From a virus: a stretch of DNA of 64,000 nt. Positions 28,648 through 39,175 of this stretch are shown piece by piece; position 1 is the first letter of the stretch; every line of letters starts with the position of its first letter. Under the pieces are notes generated by a model. The model was not told the origin of the DNA, ran no database searches, and worked only from the letters and a program-made list of their open reading frames with translations. The position numbers and the translations under genes are program-made. Location of the stretch: positions 32,001 to 96,000 of IMG/VR virus record IMGVR_UViG_3300049929_000026. One strand, given 5' to 3'.

Positions 28648-29874
28648 TCACAAGATGTACGAGTCGGGGCGAACGAAACGCATACTCGTCATCGGGCCCT
28701 GGCCATCGTTGTACTTGGTGTTCTCGTAAAGCCACATGCGCTCGTCGACCTGCTCAATGAAGTCGAATATGTCGACGATGCTGTCGATGCTCCAGATGGC
28801 GCCGGTGTTCGGATCGACGTGACCGCGCACCGTGCACTCGTACTCGAGCGTTTTCTTTAAGCGCTCGGCGACCATCTTGCTGACGCCGTACTCGAGCTGC
28901 TCTTGGTTCTTGGAATCCTTGTCCTGATAGAAGAGCGGTCGGTAAACGGGCTGACCGTAGCCGTAGATCGTGGAATCGCGCTTCTTCGGATCGAACCGCT
29001 TCTCACGCGTGACAATGATGTTGTCATCGGCCGTGATGATCCCCTGGATTTCAGGGATCTTTGCGATAGGGTTCACGGTCTGGCTGTCGAACGTCGAGAA
29101 TTCGTGTCGCGTGCCGGCTACTACAACATTGGGGTCGCCCCCGCGCCCGCGCGCAATCGTCACCGTAGGGACGCTTGACCAGTCGCGAGTCGCCGAACCC
29201 TTCAGGATATTGCCGGGCCGCGCCAGTCGACCCATGGGGTCCACCAAATCATGCGGAACGCAGCAGATGATGCCGTCTCGCAAATTCGCTGACTGCAACG
29301 AGTAGCCCATCCGATGGCAGATGGTCTCTGCGAATTCGAAGGTGCCCTGGTTCTCTTTCGGGCGCAGTTCGTCGGGGTGCGCCTTCTTGAATTCGCGTGC
29401 TGGCTTGCCCTTGGCTGCGCTGACGCGGCCGCTGAGGATGTTCCGTGTCAGGCCAAAGTCGGCATAGACCGTCTTGATCCCGAAGGGCTCGAAGATGGCG
29501 AGCAGCGCTTGCCCGAGATCCATCTCCTTTTTGATTTGCAGCGCCGGATCTACTGAGCCAGCGACCGAGTCGTATAGGTAGTCGTAGCCCGAGACCTCGA
29601 GCGCCGCGCCGCTCTCGCCCACGCCCTTGATCTTCTCGATCCGCCCGACAAGCTGCGTCTGCCCAGCTATCGAGATCCGAATCGGCTGCCAGGGACGAAA
29701 CTTAGTTCGCAGGCTCGACGGGTCTTCATCGTTGTAAACAGTAAACGACCAAGAGTCGGTCGGCGTCAGATACGATGTTTCGATCCGGTACTCTTGGATG
29801 TTGTCGGTGATGACCTCGCCGGTCGACTCAAGCGTTACCGTGAGCCGTTGCTCATCTGGGTCAACAACGGGCAT
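28648..29874 (-). CDS. Baseplate hub protein (Mu gpP/GPD-like)
   Basis: SYLTPTDSWSFT, QLVGRIE, LEVSGYD; C-terminal TVRGH..W. Confidence 0.8.
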   Translation of the reverse strand: MPVVDPDEQRLTVTLESTGEVITDNIQEYRIETSYLTPTDSWSFTVYNDEDPSSLRTKFRPWQPIRISIAGQTQLVGRIEKIKGVGESGAALEVSGYDYLYDSVAGSVDPALQIKKEMDLGQALLAIFEPFGIKTVYADFGLTRNILSGRVSAAKGKPAREFKKAHPDELRPKENQGTFEFAETICHRMGYSLQSANLRDGIICCVPHDLVDPMGRLARPGNILKGSATRDWSSVPTVTIARGRGGDPNVVVAGTRHEFSTFDSQTVNPIAKIPEIQGIITADDNIIVTREKRFDPKKRDSTIYGYGQPVYRPLFYQDKDSKNQEQLEYGVSKMVAERLKKTLEYECTVRGHVDPNTGAIWSIDSIVDIFDFIEQVDERMWLYENTKYNDGQGPMTSMRFVRPDSYIL

Positions 29875-30794
29875 CAGCGGCGCTTAGGTGGCGGCTGCGT
29901 GTCAGCGAATGAGCGCAGAATTGAGCCTGCCTTGACGAATGGCGCGCGCGCAAACTGCGGATTGAGGCGCGCGAATTGCTGGACCGACATACCGAGCAGT
30001 GCCGCAGTCGCCGAGAAGGATCGATTCACGACGCTGGTGGTCTTCTTAACCGGATGAATGCCGGTGATGTCCGTACGGTCCTCTAGATCGAGGACTGCGG
30101 TCTGCAGCCGGCGCGCTTGCTGGCGCGTCGGGGCGAGGTTCGGGTCTTTCAGGCGGTCGATCGTCGCAACACTCTTCTCGAGGCGGAACGAATAGTCGGC
30201 GAGAGCGCTCGTCACCTTCCCGCCTGCCACTTCGAGTTGGCCACCGATGCCGCTGATGAAGTCTAGCGGGCTAACCGTAGCTTTTGGCGGCGGCTCCTGC
30301 TTCCAGTCGATCTTCTTGATGTCCGCATCGAAACGACGCGCGTCATCGGCTGCACCCTGCAGCGTCTTGATCTGCGTCGTTAGGTCTTGCGCAAGCTCCG
30401 ACTCAAGCGGCGCGACGATCCACTCGCATTCGACGTCGATGCCGTCGCGCTTGTTGACGTCGAGATCCTCAGAGAGCGAGACGCATTTGACGTTGATGTC
30501 CCCATGGACTGGGTCCGAAAGAATGCCGCGCGTGCGGTCTAGGCAGGCGTTTAGAAATTCCGGGTAGACTTCGGTGAATAGGTGCCGATACGGCCCCTTC
30601 GAGATGTCCTCACGGAAAGGGATCGTATAGCGATAGGTCGGGTTCTCTGCACCGAGCGATTCGATCAGCTGCTGGTCACGAAATATGTACCGATGCTTCG
30701 CCTGCTCCTGCTGGAAGCCGTACTTGCGCGACGTGATCGGAAACTCGATGAAGCGCCAGCCGCAGCGCTGCATCCGCACAAGAACGTCGGTCAT
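29874..30794 (-). CDS. DNA-circularisation N-terminal domain protein (Mu gpN-like)
   Basis: WRFIEFP..HRY..IESLG..L.DPVHG motif; after tape measure; LysM-like end. Confidence 0.75.
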   Translation of the reverse strand: MTDVLVRMQRCGWRFIEFPITSRKYGFQQEQAKHRYIFRDQQLIESLGAENPTYRYTIPFREDISKGPYRHLFTEVYPEFLNACLDRTRGILSDPVHGDINVKCVSLSEDLDVNKRDGIDVECEWIVAPLESELAQDLTTQIKTLQGAADDARRFDADIKKIDWKQEPPPKATVSPLDFISGIGGQLEVAGGKVTSALADYSFRLEKSVATIDRLKDPNLAPTRQQARRLQTAVLDLEDRTDITGIHPVKKTTSVVNRSFSATAALLGMSVQQFARLNPQFARAPFVKAGSILRSFADTQPPPKRR

Positions 30795-30853
30795 TTTTCG
30801 TGGTTTCGCCGCGAGCGTTTGACGTGGTCAGCGTTCACGACGAGCCTCAGCCG

Positions 30854-30964
30854 ATGCGCAAACGTTGGTTTTGTACGGCAAAGAGAGTGGCGTTCTGGAT
30901 ATTACTGGTCTACGCCGCCGTCTTCGTGCCCTGGTTCGTCTACAAAGTTTGGATGATTGGATGA
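30854..30964 (+). CDS. 36-aa antisense membrane peptide (not in ORF track)
   Basis: MRKRWFCTAKRVAFWILLVYAAVFVPWFVYKVWMIG fills the intergenic gap. Confidence 0.5.
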   Translation: MRKRWFCTAKRVAFWILLVYAAVFVPWFVYKVWMIG

Positions 30965-30965
30965 C

Positions 30966-33134
30966 TCAGGATGGAGGACGCCCAACGATCGGCGTCGTTC
31001 GCGCCGGATCGCTTGTCCCCATACGGAACTTACCGCTCGCGTCAGCGATCTTGTCTGCGGCAAGGTTTAGCTTAGCGGCTGCTGCGTCGAGCAACGCCGA
31101 CGTCGCGTCAAGAGCCTTGGAGTTTTCTTCGCCGCGCTTATGGTCGACGGTATTGGTGACCGTCTGTTCGTTAAATGCCGTAGGCCCGGTTAACCCGAAG
31201 GTGAAGTCATTCAGCAACTCCCGCGGGGCGCTTACGCCTTTGAGAGGATCGTTGAACTGCTTCCCGCCGATGCGCCGTTCCTCTTGCTCCTTGACAGCCA
31301 CGAGCCTGGCTTTCGTCTCGGGAGAGAGCCTACCCGTATTGTCTAGCTCGGCTCGTGCGGTCTCGCGGATATCGGCTTCGTTCTTGTCCATCGCGTTCAG
31401 GCGTTTGTTCGCATCCATCTCTCTGGATGCCATGATCATTTCGAGAGCCATGACGGTCATCACCGCCGAACCAATGATCAGGCCACCTTGCATGCCTAGA
31501 CTTGTCGCCATGGCCTTCTTCACGCCTTCACCGATCGCGGCCTGCGCCAGGTCAGCAGTGATCTTGCCTGCGATGATGGCGCCAATCCCGGCATACGGGT
31601 TCTCTGAAAGGAACTGAACGAAAGCCACGAGTTGCGCCGTCATGTCGGCTACCGTCGGGACGAGCGCTGTGAACTGTGGAATCAACTTCGTCAGGACCGG
31701 CATCAAGTCGGTACCGATCGCCACGTTGAACGCTTTAGCAGCCTCTTTGATCTGCAGATCGGGATCGTCCAGCCGAAGCTTGGCGCGCTTGTCCAGTTCT
31801 GCATCGTCCATGCTGGCGCCAGTAAACTCACCTAAAGCCAGTCCTATCGCTGTACGCCCAGCGGCTTTCCCGGTGCCCTTCTTCGTTTTCTCCGCTTCGT
31901 TGAAGGCGTCCATGTATGCCGGAGAAACGCCCGAAAGCGCCTTCATCCCGCGCATACCGAACATGCCGCCAATCTTGGTCAGATCGCCGCCTGTCTTGTC
32001 CATGATGTCGGCAATGATGTCGGCCGGATCGCGGAGTTTGGTATTCGTCTTGTCGGTGAAAACGTCGAGGCCTGGTTTACCCTTCTTAGTGCGCCCATCC
32101 TTGATCAGATCGTCAGTGAATCGCATCACCGAAGTCGCCGCTTCTGCGGCGTCGGTCGCGCCGCCCTTTTTGACGGCCAACTGAGTGAGCGCGCCCATCA
32201 TCTTCAGCGAGCTGCCGCTGTCGCCGCCGAAGCGGCGGGAAGCAGCCGCGAGCTTCGGAAGCTCCGCCGCAAAGTCGCGCATTTCTACAGAACCGATGTT
32301 GCCCTGCACCGCCAGGGTCTCCATCACATCCTTCAGAATTTTTAGCCGTTCGATCGGGTCTTTGGTTCCCTGCGCGATCGAGTTGTAGGCGCTTCCGGCA
32401 GCATTGCCGACTTCTGTGATATCCGAGCTCGTAGCGAGGCTGACCTTGCCGATCATCTGCCAGGCGTCCACACCTGCTTTCAGGTCGCCACTCTTCTGAA
32501 CGAACTGGTCTAATGCGCTCAGCGCTTCTTCGCCGGTGAAGCCGGCAAGCCCTTGCGCCTGCGTGGCAAGCTGGCCCTTCATGTCCGGCCGTTGCCCCTG
32601 ATTGGCTACGCGGCTAGCATAGGCCTGTACCTGCATCTGGTCGTGCAGCGCCGAGCCGATCGCTAGACCGCCGGCGAGAGTCGCCGCGCCCATGCCGAAC
32701 CGCGCCATCCCGCCGATTGAACCCGACACCGTTCGTCCGGCTCCATTACCCACCGACTGAATGAGCTTCGAGCGTTCCTTCGCTTCCTTCTCCGCCGCCC
32801 TCAGCCGCTTGTTGGCCACGTCCTCATAGGCGCGGACTTCGATCTGCGCGAAGCGACGCACGTTGCGTTCTTTCTCCGCCCACACTCGCTTGTCCTCGCG
32901 GATTTGCGCTAGCGATGATGCCTTCGCTGCGCGCTCCGCGTCCTTCGTCGCTGAACTGACAGCACCGCCTGCACCGAGTGCGCGCGGGCGTCCTCCTCCG
33001 GCGCCTCCAGATCCCGTGCCCCGGATGGCCGAAGTCATCCGTTTGTTCGAGGAAAGAATCTCCTGCTCGACGCCACGGATCACCGCACGGATCTGCTGCT
33101 GGCCTACTGCGGTGATATCGTATCGAAGTTCCAC
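30966..33134 (-). CDS. Tape measure protein
   Basis: 722 aa, Ala/Gly-rich helical; GSVEMRDFAAELPKL; follows tube and chaperone. Confidence 0.85.
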   Translation of the reverse strand: MELRYDITAVGQQQIRAVIRGVEQEILSSNKRMTSAIRGTGSGGAGGGRPRALGAGGAVSSATKDAERAAKASSLAQIREDKRVWAEKERNVRRFAQIEVRAYEDVANKRLRAAEKEAKERSKLIQSVGNGAGRTVSGSIGGMARFGMGAATLAGGLAIGSALHDQMQVQAYASRVANQGQRPDMKGQLATQAQGLAGFTGEEALSALDQFVQKSGDLKAGVDAWQMIGKVSLATSSDITEVGNAAGSAYNSIAQGTKDPIERLKILKDVMETLAVQGNIGSVEMRDFAAELPKLAAASRRFGGDSGSSLKMMGALTQLAVKKGGATDAAEAATSVMRFTDDLIKDGRTKKGKPGLDVFTDKTNTKLRDPADIIADIMDKTGGDLTKIGGMFGMRGMKALSGVSPAYMDAFNEAEKTKKGTGKAAGRTAIGLALGEFTGASMDDAELDKRAKLRLDDPDLQIKEAAKAFNVAIGTDLMPVLTKLIPQFTALVPTVADMTAQLVAFVQFLSENPYAGIGAIIAGKITADLAQAAIGEGVKKAMATSLGMQGGLIIGSAVMTVMALEMIMASREMDANKRLNAMDKNEADIRETARAELDNTGRLSPETKARLVAVKEQEERRIGGKQFNDPLKGVSAPRELLNDFTFGLTGPTAFNEQTVTNTVDHKRGEENSKALDATSALLDAAAAKLNLAADKIADASGKFRMGTSDPARTTPIVGRPPS

Positions 33135-33140
33135 TGGGCT

Positions 33141-33953
33141 CTATTTCTTCGGTTTCGTTACCCTACTGACGCGCTGTCGTGCTTCGTCTCGCGTTAGGAT
33201 TGCGCCAGCCTCAATCGGCATAGCGTCATCTACCGAAGATGCGGAGGGCCGCGGAGAGGAGACGCCAATGAGCGAGGTAGAGCTCGGTTGGGCGGATGCC
33301 GAGATATCGGCCGAGATCAACAGCGGACGTCCCAGCTCTAAGCGGAGAGCTGCGTTTTGCTTCGCTAGATGAAAGATCTGCCCTGGCCAGTGAAGCGAGT
33401 CCAATCGCGACAGCCAAAAAGGGCCTCTGAGCTCATCACTCAGCCTCGCAGTCCAGGTGTCGGAGTCATGTTCGTCGAGCGTCTCGAGCGCGCCGTATTC
33501 GCTCTTGACGATCTGGTAGCAGTTCAACAGCACCGACATCTCAACTTCGTTGAAGGAGGCGCGGAGCTGTCGCGAATCAGTGAACAGCGGCGGGTAGTAC
33601 TCGGTACCGTCCGGCCGCGTGTGTTTGTCGATATGACAGAGCGCTAGCGTCAGAACCTCGACAGCTTGTGCCTCGCGGTAGATGTCGCCGTAGCCTTCGA
33701 GCTCGCCGCCATGCTTCGCATATGCCTGGGAGGCGCGGATCGCGTTGTGATTCTCCTCGATGCGCAGCACGCGCAGTCGGATCTTCGTGATCGTCCGTTC
33801 GCCGCTCGGTTGCACCTTCACGAAGTCGAAGACCTTCGTCGGCGCACCATCCAGCAGCGATCGGAGCAGCTCCGACGCTGGAATTTCCCTCATATCACCC
33901 TCAAAACGGCGAAAGCCTCCGCTCCCCACACGGGAGATCGGAGGCTTGGTCAA
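33141..33953 (-). CDS. Tail assembly chaperone (putative)
   Basis: Position between tail tube and tape measure. Confidence 0.55.
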   Translation of the reverse strand: MTKPPISRVGSGGFRRFEGDMREIPASELLRSLLDGAPTKVFDFVKVQPSGERTITKIRLRVLRIEENHNAIRASQAYAKHGGELEGYGDIYREAQAVEVLTLALCHIDKHTRPDGTEYYPPLFTDSRQLRASFNEVEMSVLLNCYQIVKSEYGALETLDEHDSDTWTARLSDELRGPFWLSRLDSLHWPGQIFHLAKQNAALRLELGRPLLISADISASAQPSSTSLIGVSSPRPSASSVDDAMPIEAGAILTRDEARQRVSRVTKPKK

Positions 33954-34025
33954 AATCAGTTCGCAACCCGGTCCGCCTCAAAACGCGGGCTGCTCACAGT
34001 CAGCGGAACTAGCCCGCCGCTTAGG

Positions 34026-34388
34026 TCATTTCGGTTTCGAGAATTCGCCGATCCAATCGAACTTGAACTCGGTGGACTGGTTCGTCGACTGACCGATGTC
34101 AGCGGTTTGAAACCAGCCGTTGCCGATGTACGACTTGACGCCGAATGGTACCTGCATCGAGTGGTAGGAGCCCTCTTGGCAGGCGGTGAAGAAGTCGAAC
34201 TCGGGGCCGCCAAGCGGGACGGCGCAGGTGCCAGTGATCTTGCACTGACCAGAACCTGGCGTCTTGCCCGCGAGGCCTTCGAGGGTGTCGACGACTTGGG
34301 CTTGCGAGTCTAACGCAACTTGGATCGATGACGGCTTCACTTGGAAGACGCCGTCGATCAAGAGCTTCAAACGGAGATGGTCGCTCAA
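34026..34388 (-). CDS. Tail tube protein
   Basis: 120-aa beta-rich protein directly after the sheath. Confidence 0.7.
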   Translation of the reverse strand: MSDHLRLKLLIDGVFQVKPSSIQVALDSQAQVVDTLEGLAGKTPGSGQCKITGTCAVPLGGPEFDFFTACQEGSYHSMQVPFGVKSYIGNGWFQTADIGQSTNQSTEFKFDWIGEFSKPK

Positions 34389-34470
34389 TTGCGGAATGGG
34401 CGTGCGCTTTCGTTATGCCGCCTTGGCGACAATGAATGGCTAGGACGCAGGTAGACGGCGAGCGGCGCGC

Positions 34471-36033
34471 TCAACCGGGTGTGGTTTCACTCAGCTGAAT
34501 TCCGGTCTGATGCCGGATGTCGATCGTCCTGCCGCTGGCAGTGACGACGAGTCGACTGATGTTGTTCGGATCGATCGAGCAGATGAGCGAGTTGAGCCAC
34601 GTTGGCGCGCCCTGGATCTCGCCGTTGTCCGCGGCCTCTTGGATCTGTGCAGCCGCAAATGGCTTGTAGAGCGACGGCGTCAGTGTGAATGGGGCCACCC
34701 GCTGATTGAAATTGATCGAGCCGTCCGGCATCAGCTGATCGGGCTGCAGCTTGAAACCGACGCCATACTGGACAGCGTCCCGAATCAGCCAGCGGTCGCC
34801 CACTGCGTCGAGGAAGCTGATCCGGTGCGTCTCGGTGGCGCGGAAGTCCGAGATCGTTCCGCCGGAGTCACGTGAGCGCGTAGTGACCGACATCACCATG
34901 AACGAGCCGTATTGGTCGGACGCGACCTCAATCACTCCGTCGGTGACAGCCTGATTGATTTGCGTCGATGTTGGCCAGTCCGCGTTGGAGAACGCCGCCG
35001 GGCACATCCAGTCCTTGCCGCGGTAATTGTCAGGAACGAAGTCGCCCGTCCCTGCTTCCTGGCTCTGATGGATCGCGATGGCGTTGCCGACTAGGTCGGC
35101 CATGTCCCATTCGCCGTTCGTCTGATGGACGATGTGTTGCCGCTCGAAGTTGACCGCGATGCTCAGCGCCGAGACAGCCGAGCCGGTCCCCGTATATGCC
35201 GTGAATGCGCGGCAGCGAAGCCCGGGGTTCGCCTGGCTCTTGGCGCTGACGTGTGTCGCGATGACAGCAAGTGCCGCCGCGGTCCACATCGTGAAACCGT
35301 TGTAGTAGTAGCGAGTATTCGTGAGCGTCGCGAGCGCGGCCGTCATGTTGACCAGCTCGGTCGTGGTGCCATCGACGCCAACCGTGCCGGTGCCCAACCC
35401 CAGTGCCGCACCAGACGAAGTGGAGATGACGTTCTTGCCAGCGTCCGCAATGGTGCGCACACGAATCACGCCTACTGTGCCGTCACCCTGAGATGCGCCC
35501 GCGATCTTAGCCGTGATGGTCACGACTCCAATAGAGCTCGTGGCGGTGACCGGAAGCCAGACCTTCGCGTTGATGCCCAGCACGATGTTTGCGGCGATCG
35601 TCGTCGCCGTGTCAGCGGTGTTGAAGCCCGTGGTGATGACTTCGCCCGCGACGTAGGTCGTAACCTGGCCGGTCGCTGTCGGGTTCGACCCGGAGGTGAA
35701 TGTGATCGTGATCGTGCCAGCCGCCGAGACTGGGCTGCCGCCAGAACTCGCCGCGTAGCAAATACCGATGAGCGTGCCAAGCGTGCTCGCCAGCAGGTGC
35801 CTGCGTAACGCGCGGTGCACCGGGGAACCAACGCCGAACAGCGTGATCGCGTCTGCTTCGCTCGTGATCGGGTACGCCTGATTGACGTTCGCGGTGCCCG
35901 CCGTCGTCTTGGGGCCCATGTACATCGCAGAGCGCGGCCCAGCTGGGGCATTGCTCGGCCCTTGGCCAAAGAGCAATTGCATGGCAGTGAAGGGCGCGCG
36001 GTAGCTGCTCGGATAGCCGACGAAATTGGTCAT
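34471..36033 (-). CDS. Tail sheath protein (Mu gpL-like)
   Basis: DAITLFGVGS, VTITAK, SVTTR and DPNNISRL motifs; 520 aa. Confidence 0.88.
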   Translation of the reverse strand: MTNFVGYPSSYRAPFTAMQLLFGQGPSNAPAGPRSAMYMGPKTTAGTANVNQAYPITSEADAITLFGVGSPVHRALRRHLLASTLGTLIGICYAASSGGSPVSAAGTITITFTSGSNPTATGQVTTYVAGEVITTGFNTADTATTIAANIVLGINAKVWLPVTATSSIGVVTITAKIAGASQGDGTVGVIRVRTIADAGKNVISTSSGAALGLGTGTVGVDGTTTELVNMTAALATLTNTRYYYNGFTMWTAAALAVIATHVSAKSQANPGLRCRAFTAYTGTGSAVSALSIAVNFERQHIVHQTNGEWDMADLVGNAIAIHQSQEAGTGDFVPDNYRGKDWMCPAAFSNADWPTSTQINQAVTDGVIEVASDQYGSFMVMSVTTRSRDSGGTISDFRATETHRISFLDAVGDRWLIRDAVQYGVGFKLQPDQLMPDGSINFNQRVAPFTLTPSLYKPFAAAQIQEAADNGEIQGAPTWLNSLICSIDPNNISRLVVTASGRTIDIRHQTGIQLSETTPG

Positions 36034-36038
36034 TCAGA

Positions 36039-36413
36039 TCACTCCGACTTGGTGGGCGACGGCTTCGTCTGCGTCGCGATTGCCGCGATGCTCGGCACGA
36101 ATTCCAGAGCTTGATCGTCGTATTTGACTGCAACGAACGCGCAGCCACACGCGGTCGCGGTCTCCGCGTTGGCTGGCCAGAGCCCGCCGCAACGCGCCTC
36201 ATGCATCATGTCGCGGCCCTCGGCGGTCTCCGAGTCGATCTCGAAGCCATCCTTCAGAGCGATGTTTTTGCCCATGACGCGAGTGGACTGAGCGAGCTTG
36301 TCGTCAGGTTCGAGCACGAACTGGCGGCCCACATAGTTGTGGATTTGCCCGGCCATCTTCGGTCCCGGGAAGTGCACGACGTGCCCGTCTCGGGCGTAGA
36401 ATTTCAATTTCAT
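36039..36413 (-). CDS. Hypothetical protein before sheath
   Basis: GAGGG RBS; position in tail module. Confidence 0.6.
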   Translation of the reverse strand: MKLKFYARDGHVVHFPGPKMAGQIHNYVGRQFVLEPDDKLAQSTRVMGKNIALKDGFEIDSETAEGRDMMHEARCGGLWPANAETATACGCAFVAVKYDDQALEFVPSIAAIATQTKPSPTKSE

Positions 36414-36494
36414 GAATGGTCCCTCGCGTGCGCCGCGCGCCGCTCGAAAGTCCGCATGCGCAAGAAGCGCTCCGACCTGCGGCGGCCGAATGAA

Positions 36495-36947
36495 TCAGAA
36501 GCGCTTGGCGAGGTCCGCCATGCCATGAGCCAGGACTTGGCCGAGTACGCGGCGCGCGGAGTCCGCTGCGTTGTATAGAAACTTGTAGGGGCGAGTGCCC
36601 GGGTGCCAGACACGGCGGCGGAAGACCATCACGCCAGAGCGGCCCATGAAGGCGAGGACGCCGCCGTTCTTGGCTACGATCTCATGCGCCTTCGATCCGG
36701 TATCGATTGCCTTGGCGTAGGGCATCGGATTGACGATGCGCAGGATGCGGCCACCGGCAGTCTTGACGAGCCGGTAGCTCGTCTTGTCCTGCAGCTTGCC
36801 GGTGCGCCGCTTGAACTCGGAATGCTGCTGTACGTAGACCTCAGCGTGTCTGCCTGCGAGGTTCGCAGCGTCGACCAGTAGCCGCTCATTGCCGGCCAGA
36901 AAGTGCTCGTGCCCGCGTCGGATCTCATCGAAGTTCGTGATGATCAT
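36495..36947 (-). CDS. Neck/tail component (HK97 gp10-like)
   Basis: RTGKLQ..YAKAIDTGSKAH..VWHPGTRPYKFL. Confidence 0.75.
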   Translation of the reverse strand: MIITNFDEIRRGHEHFLAGNERLLVDAANLAGRHAEVYVQQHSEFKRRTGKLQDKTSYRLVKTAGGRILRIVNPMPYAKAIDTGSKAHEIVAKNGGVLAFMGRSGVMVFRRRVWHPGTRPYKFLYNAADSARRVLGQVLAHGMADLAKRF

Positions 36948-36970
36948 CGGCGGCTTGGGGGGAGTAGGAT

Positions 36971-37705
36971 TTAGCCAGGCTGGAGCGGGACAGCGGTATC
37001 GATCGATAGGACTGGCCCGCCGTCGATGGTGGCTGCTTGTCCCGTGTACGGGACGCCTTCATCCGCAATCGAGTCGAGTTCCGTAGTCTGCAGCGTCATG
37101 GTCAGAGCGTGATACTTCGGGCCGCCTGCCGAGATCGCTGCGGCGCCTTGGATATAGCTCGTGATCCCAACGGTCGAGAAGCTGCAGAGACCGACGCCGG
37201 GGCCGAAAACTTGTTTGGCGGTGACGGTGTTCACCGGGCCCGCGGAAGTCGCAAAAGCCTTGTGCCCGCCAGCGCGAATGGTGCCGGCGATAACCTTGCC
37301 AGCGGCAGTGAGCGCATCGCAGAGCTTCAGTTGATCGCCAATCTCGAGCGGGCCGAGGACGTAGTCGATCGTCCACTTGCTCGTGATGCGGTTCTGCCAG
37401 AGTGTGAATTCGTCCTCGGTTTGTGGGTCCGTAGACCGAGAAACCGCGAGCATTGGGAACGTCGCGCCGCGTTGGCGCATCGTATCCAGGTCGTCGAGAG
37501 CGGGGAGCACGCTTGCCACCGGAACCGCCAGGTCGGTGCCTGCCGAGGCCACCGTCCAGGCCGGCGTCAGCTCGTAGGTTATTGCGGCGGAGAGCAGCGC
37601 CAATAGGATATCGCGTGCCGGGTCAAGCGCGGTGAGATCCCCGCTGACGCCGACGGGAATAGGGAACGAGAGCGCGCCCCATGTATTGTCGAGCGACGTA
37701 CTCAT
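36971..37705 (-). CDS. Putative tail terminator/neck protein
   Basis: Position in the neck module; FPMLAV motif. Confidence 0.5.
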   Translation of the reverse strand: MSTSLDNTWGALSFPIPVGVSGDLTALDPARDILLALLSAAITYELTPAWTVASAGTDLAVPVASVLPALDDLDTMRQRGATFPMLAVSRSTDPQTEDEFTLWQNRITSKWTIDYVLGPLEIGDQLKLCDALTAAGKVIAGTIRAGGHKAFATSAGPVNTVTAKQVFGPGVGLCSFSTVGITSYIQGAAAISAGGPKYHALTMTLQTTELDSIADEGVPYTGQAATIDGGPVLSIDTAVPLQPG

Positions 37706-38151
37706 GTGGCTTCAGCGACTGGAGAGATGACCAACGTCTCGTGCAGAGCGTGGTCAGCGTTCCAGGACTTGACCAGGAACAGCGCGCCCGGGTCGGGTAG
37801 GTCCGGACCGATGATCTTGATGTGCAGCGTCTGCCCGGTTGAGACTTCGGCTTTCGCCGCCGCCCATGGGTTTCCGCCGCCAGCGAATGGCGCCGTGATG
37901 GGTCCGATCTTCATCGAACCTTTACCGAGTCCGCTCAGGGCGAGCTCCTCGGTGTTCATCACGCGGATCTTCGGAGATTGCCCGTTGGCCTCGAGGATAG
38001 GGATCAGGTCCTGCGCGCGCGCGCCGCGTCCGGTGTTGTCACCGTTCCACGTGCCAATAACGATCCAAGCTTGATACGGGCGCAGACCCATCTGTCCTGG
38101 AATTGCTCTGGCTGCAAAACAGATGGCCTTGAAGCCGTCGGCGGCGCTCAT
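37702..38151 (-). CDS. Putative head-closure protein
   Basis: Position and size. Confidence 0.5.
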   Translation of the reverse strand: MSAADGFKAICFAARAIPGQMGLRPYQAWIVIGTWNGDNTGRGARAQDLIPILEANGQSPKIRVMNTEELALSGLGKGSMKIGPITAPFAGGGNPWAAAKAEVSTGQTLHIKIIGPDLPDPGALFLVKSWNADHALHETLVISPVAEAT

Positions 38152-38157
38152 GGCGAC

Positions 38158-38568
38158 CTATCCCATCCTGAGGCTGAAGCTGTTCGAGCGCGTTCCGCTA
38201 CCGAAGTAGTCAGATTGGATCATGTCGCCTTCGCGATCTCCAAGCGCTACCGCTAGCCGTTTGATGAGCATCCTGCCACGCTGGACGGCGCCTGGCGCGA
38301 TGTAGCCAGCGGACTCGGTCGCATTGTAAAACTGCACCTCATCGACCTGTTTGAGCATTCCGGTCGCCGCGGCTGAGCTACCGGCTGATGCCAATACGGA
38401 GTCAATCGTCGCCAACTCAGTGAGGATGCCTTCGACCTTTGCCTGCTCGCTCGGTGACACGCCGACCTTGTCCATCATGGACTCGAGCGGCGTGTTGTAC
38501 TGGTAGTACCCGAGTGCGTATCCGAGATAGCCCCGGATATCGTTCTTCTGTGCGTCGGTGAAGGCCAT
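38158..38568 (-). CDS. Putative head-tail adaptor
   Basis: MAFTDAQKNDIRGYLGY N-terminus; position. Confidence 0.55.
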   Translation of the reverse strand: MAFTDAQKNDIRGYLGYALGYYQYNTPLESMMDKVGVSPSEQAKVEGILTELATIDSVLASAGSSAAATGMLKQVDEVQFYNATESAGYIAPGAVQRGRMLIKRLAVALGDREGDMIQSDYFGSGTRSNSFSLRMG

Positions 38569-38578
38569 TCAGCCTCTC

Positions 38579-39175
38579 TCAGCTCGCGGGTTCTGCGCTC
38601 GCCTTGGGTTGGTCAGGCTTCGCTTTCGGCTGGTCTGGCTTCGCCTTGGGATCTTCCGCCTTGGGCTTCGGCTTCTCGTTTTTGGCGTTCTCGAGCAGCG
38701 CTTCTGCGAGCAAGGCATCCGAGCGGATGGCCCGCTCCTCGTGACCGGCCGCCTGCTTGCCGGCCTCTTCGAGCAACGCCTCGATAACTGCCTTTTCGGC
38801 AATCGCTCGAGTGAGTTGGTCTTTGAGGGCGGCTGCCGCCGCCATGCTCTCTCGAAGCTGAACGCGCACAGCGTCCAGCTCGAGGCGCACAGCGTCGAGC
38901 GTCAGCTTCGCGGCCTGCTCCGCTGCTTTGGCTTCGCTCGCCGCATTTCGCAACGCATGGAGCGGAGCGTCACGGTTGGCGTTCTGCTCGTCGGCAATCC
39001 GCACTTGCGCGCGGAGTTCCGGCAAGACAGCGACGCTATCGAGCGGCACGCCTCGGGACTTGATCGCCGCCACGAGCTCGTCCGGGACATCCACTGGACC
39101 CCACGGCTCGCACTCATAGCGGATCTCGCCCATCGACCAGGACAGGGCTTTCTTGCTCTGGTTGTAGAGGCGCAT
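38579..39175 (-). CDS. Coiled-coil hypothetical protein
   Basis: Heptads and PKAKPDQ repeats; coupled to upstream gene. Confidence 0.6.
   Translation of the reverse strand: MRLYNQSKKALSWSMGEIRYECEPWGPVDVPDELVAAIKSRGVPLDSVAVLPELRAQVRIADEQNANRDAPLHALRNAASEAKAAEQAAKLTLDAVRLELDAVRVQLRESMAAAAALKDQLTRAIAEKAVIEALLEEAGKQAAGHEERAIRSDALLAEALLENAKNEKPKPKAEDPKAKPDQPKAKPDQPKASAEPAS

Noticed and set aside
35389-35398. 10-nt match (GGTGCCCAAC) to the spacer 5' end in the sheath gene
   Set aside because: Too short in GC-rich DNA, does not extend, and has no T-rich PAM-like flank
24643-36033. Tailocin or extracellular contractile injection system
   Set aside because: Terminase, portal, scaffold and capsid genes are present, so this is a tailed phage
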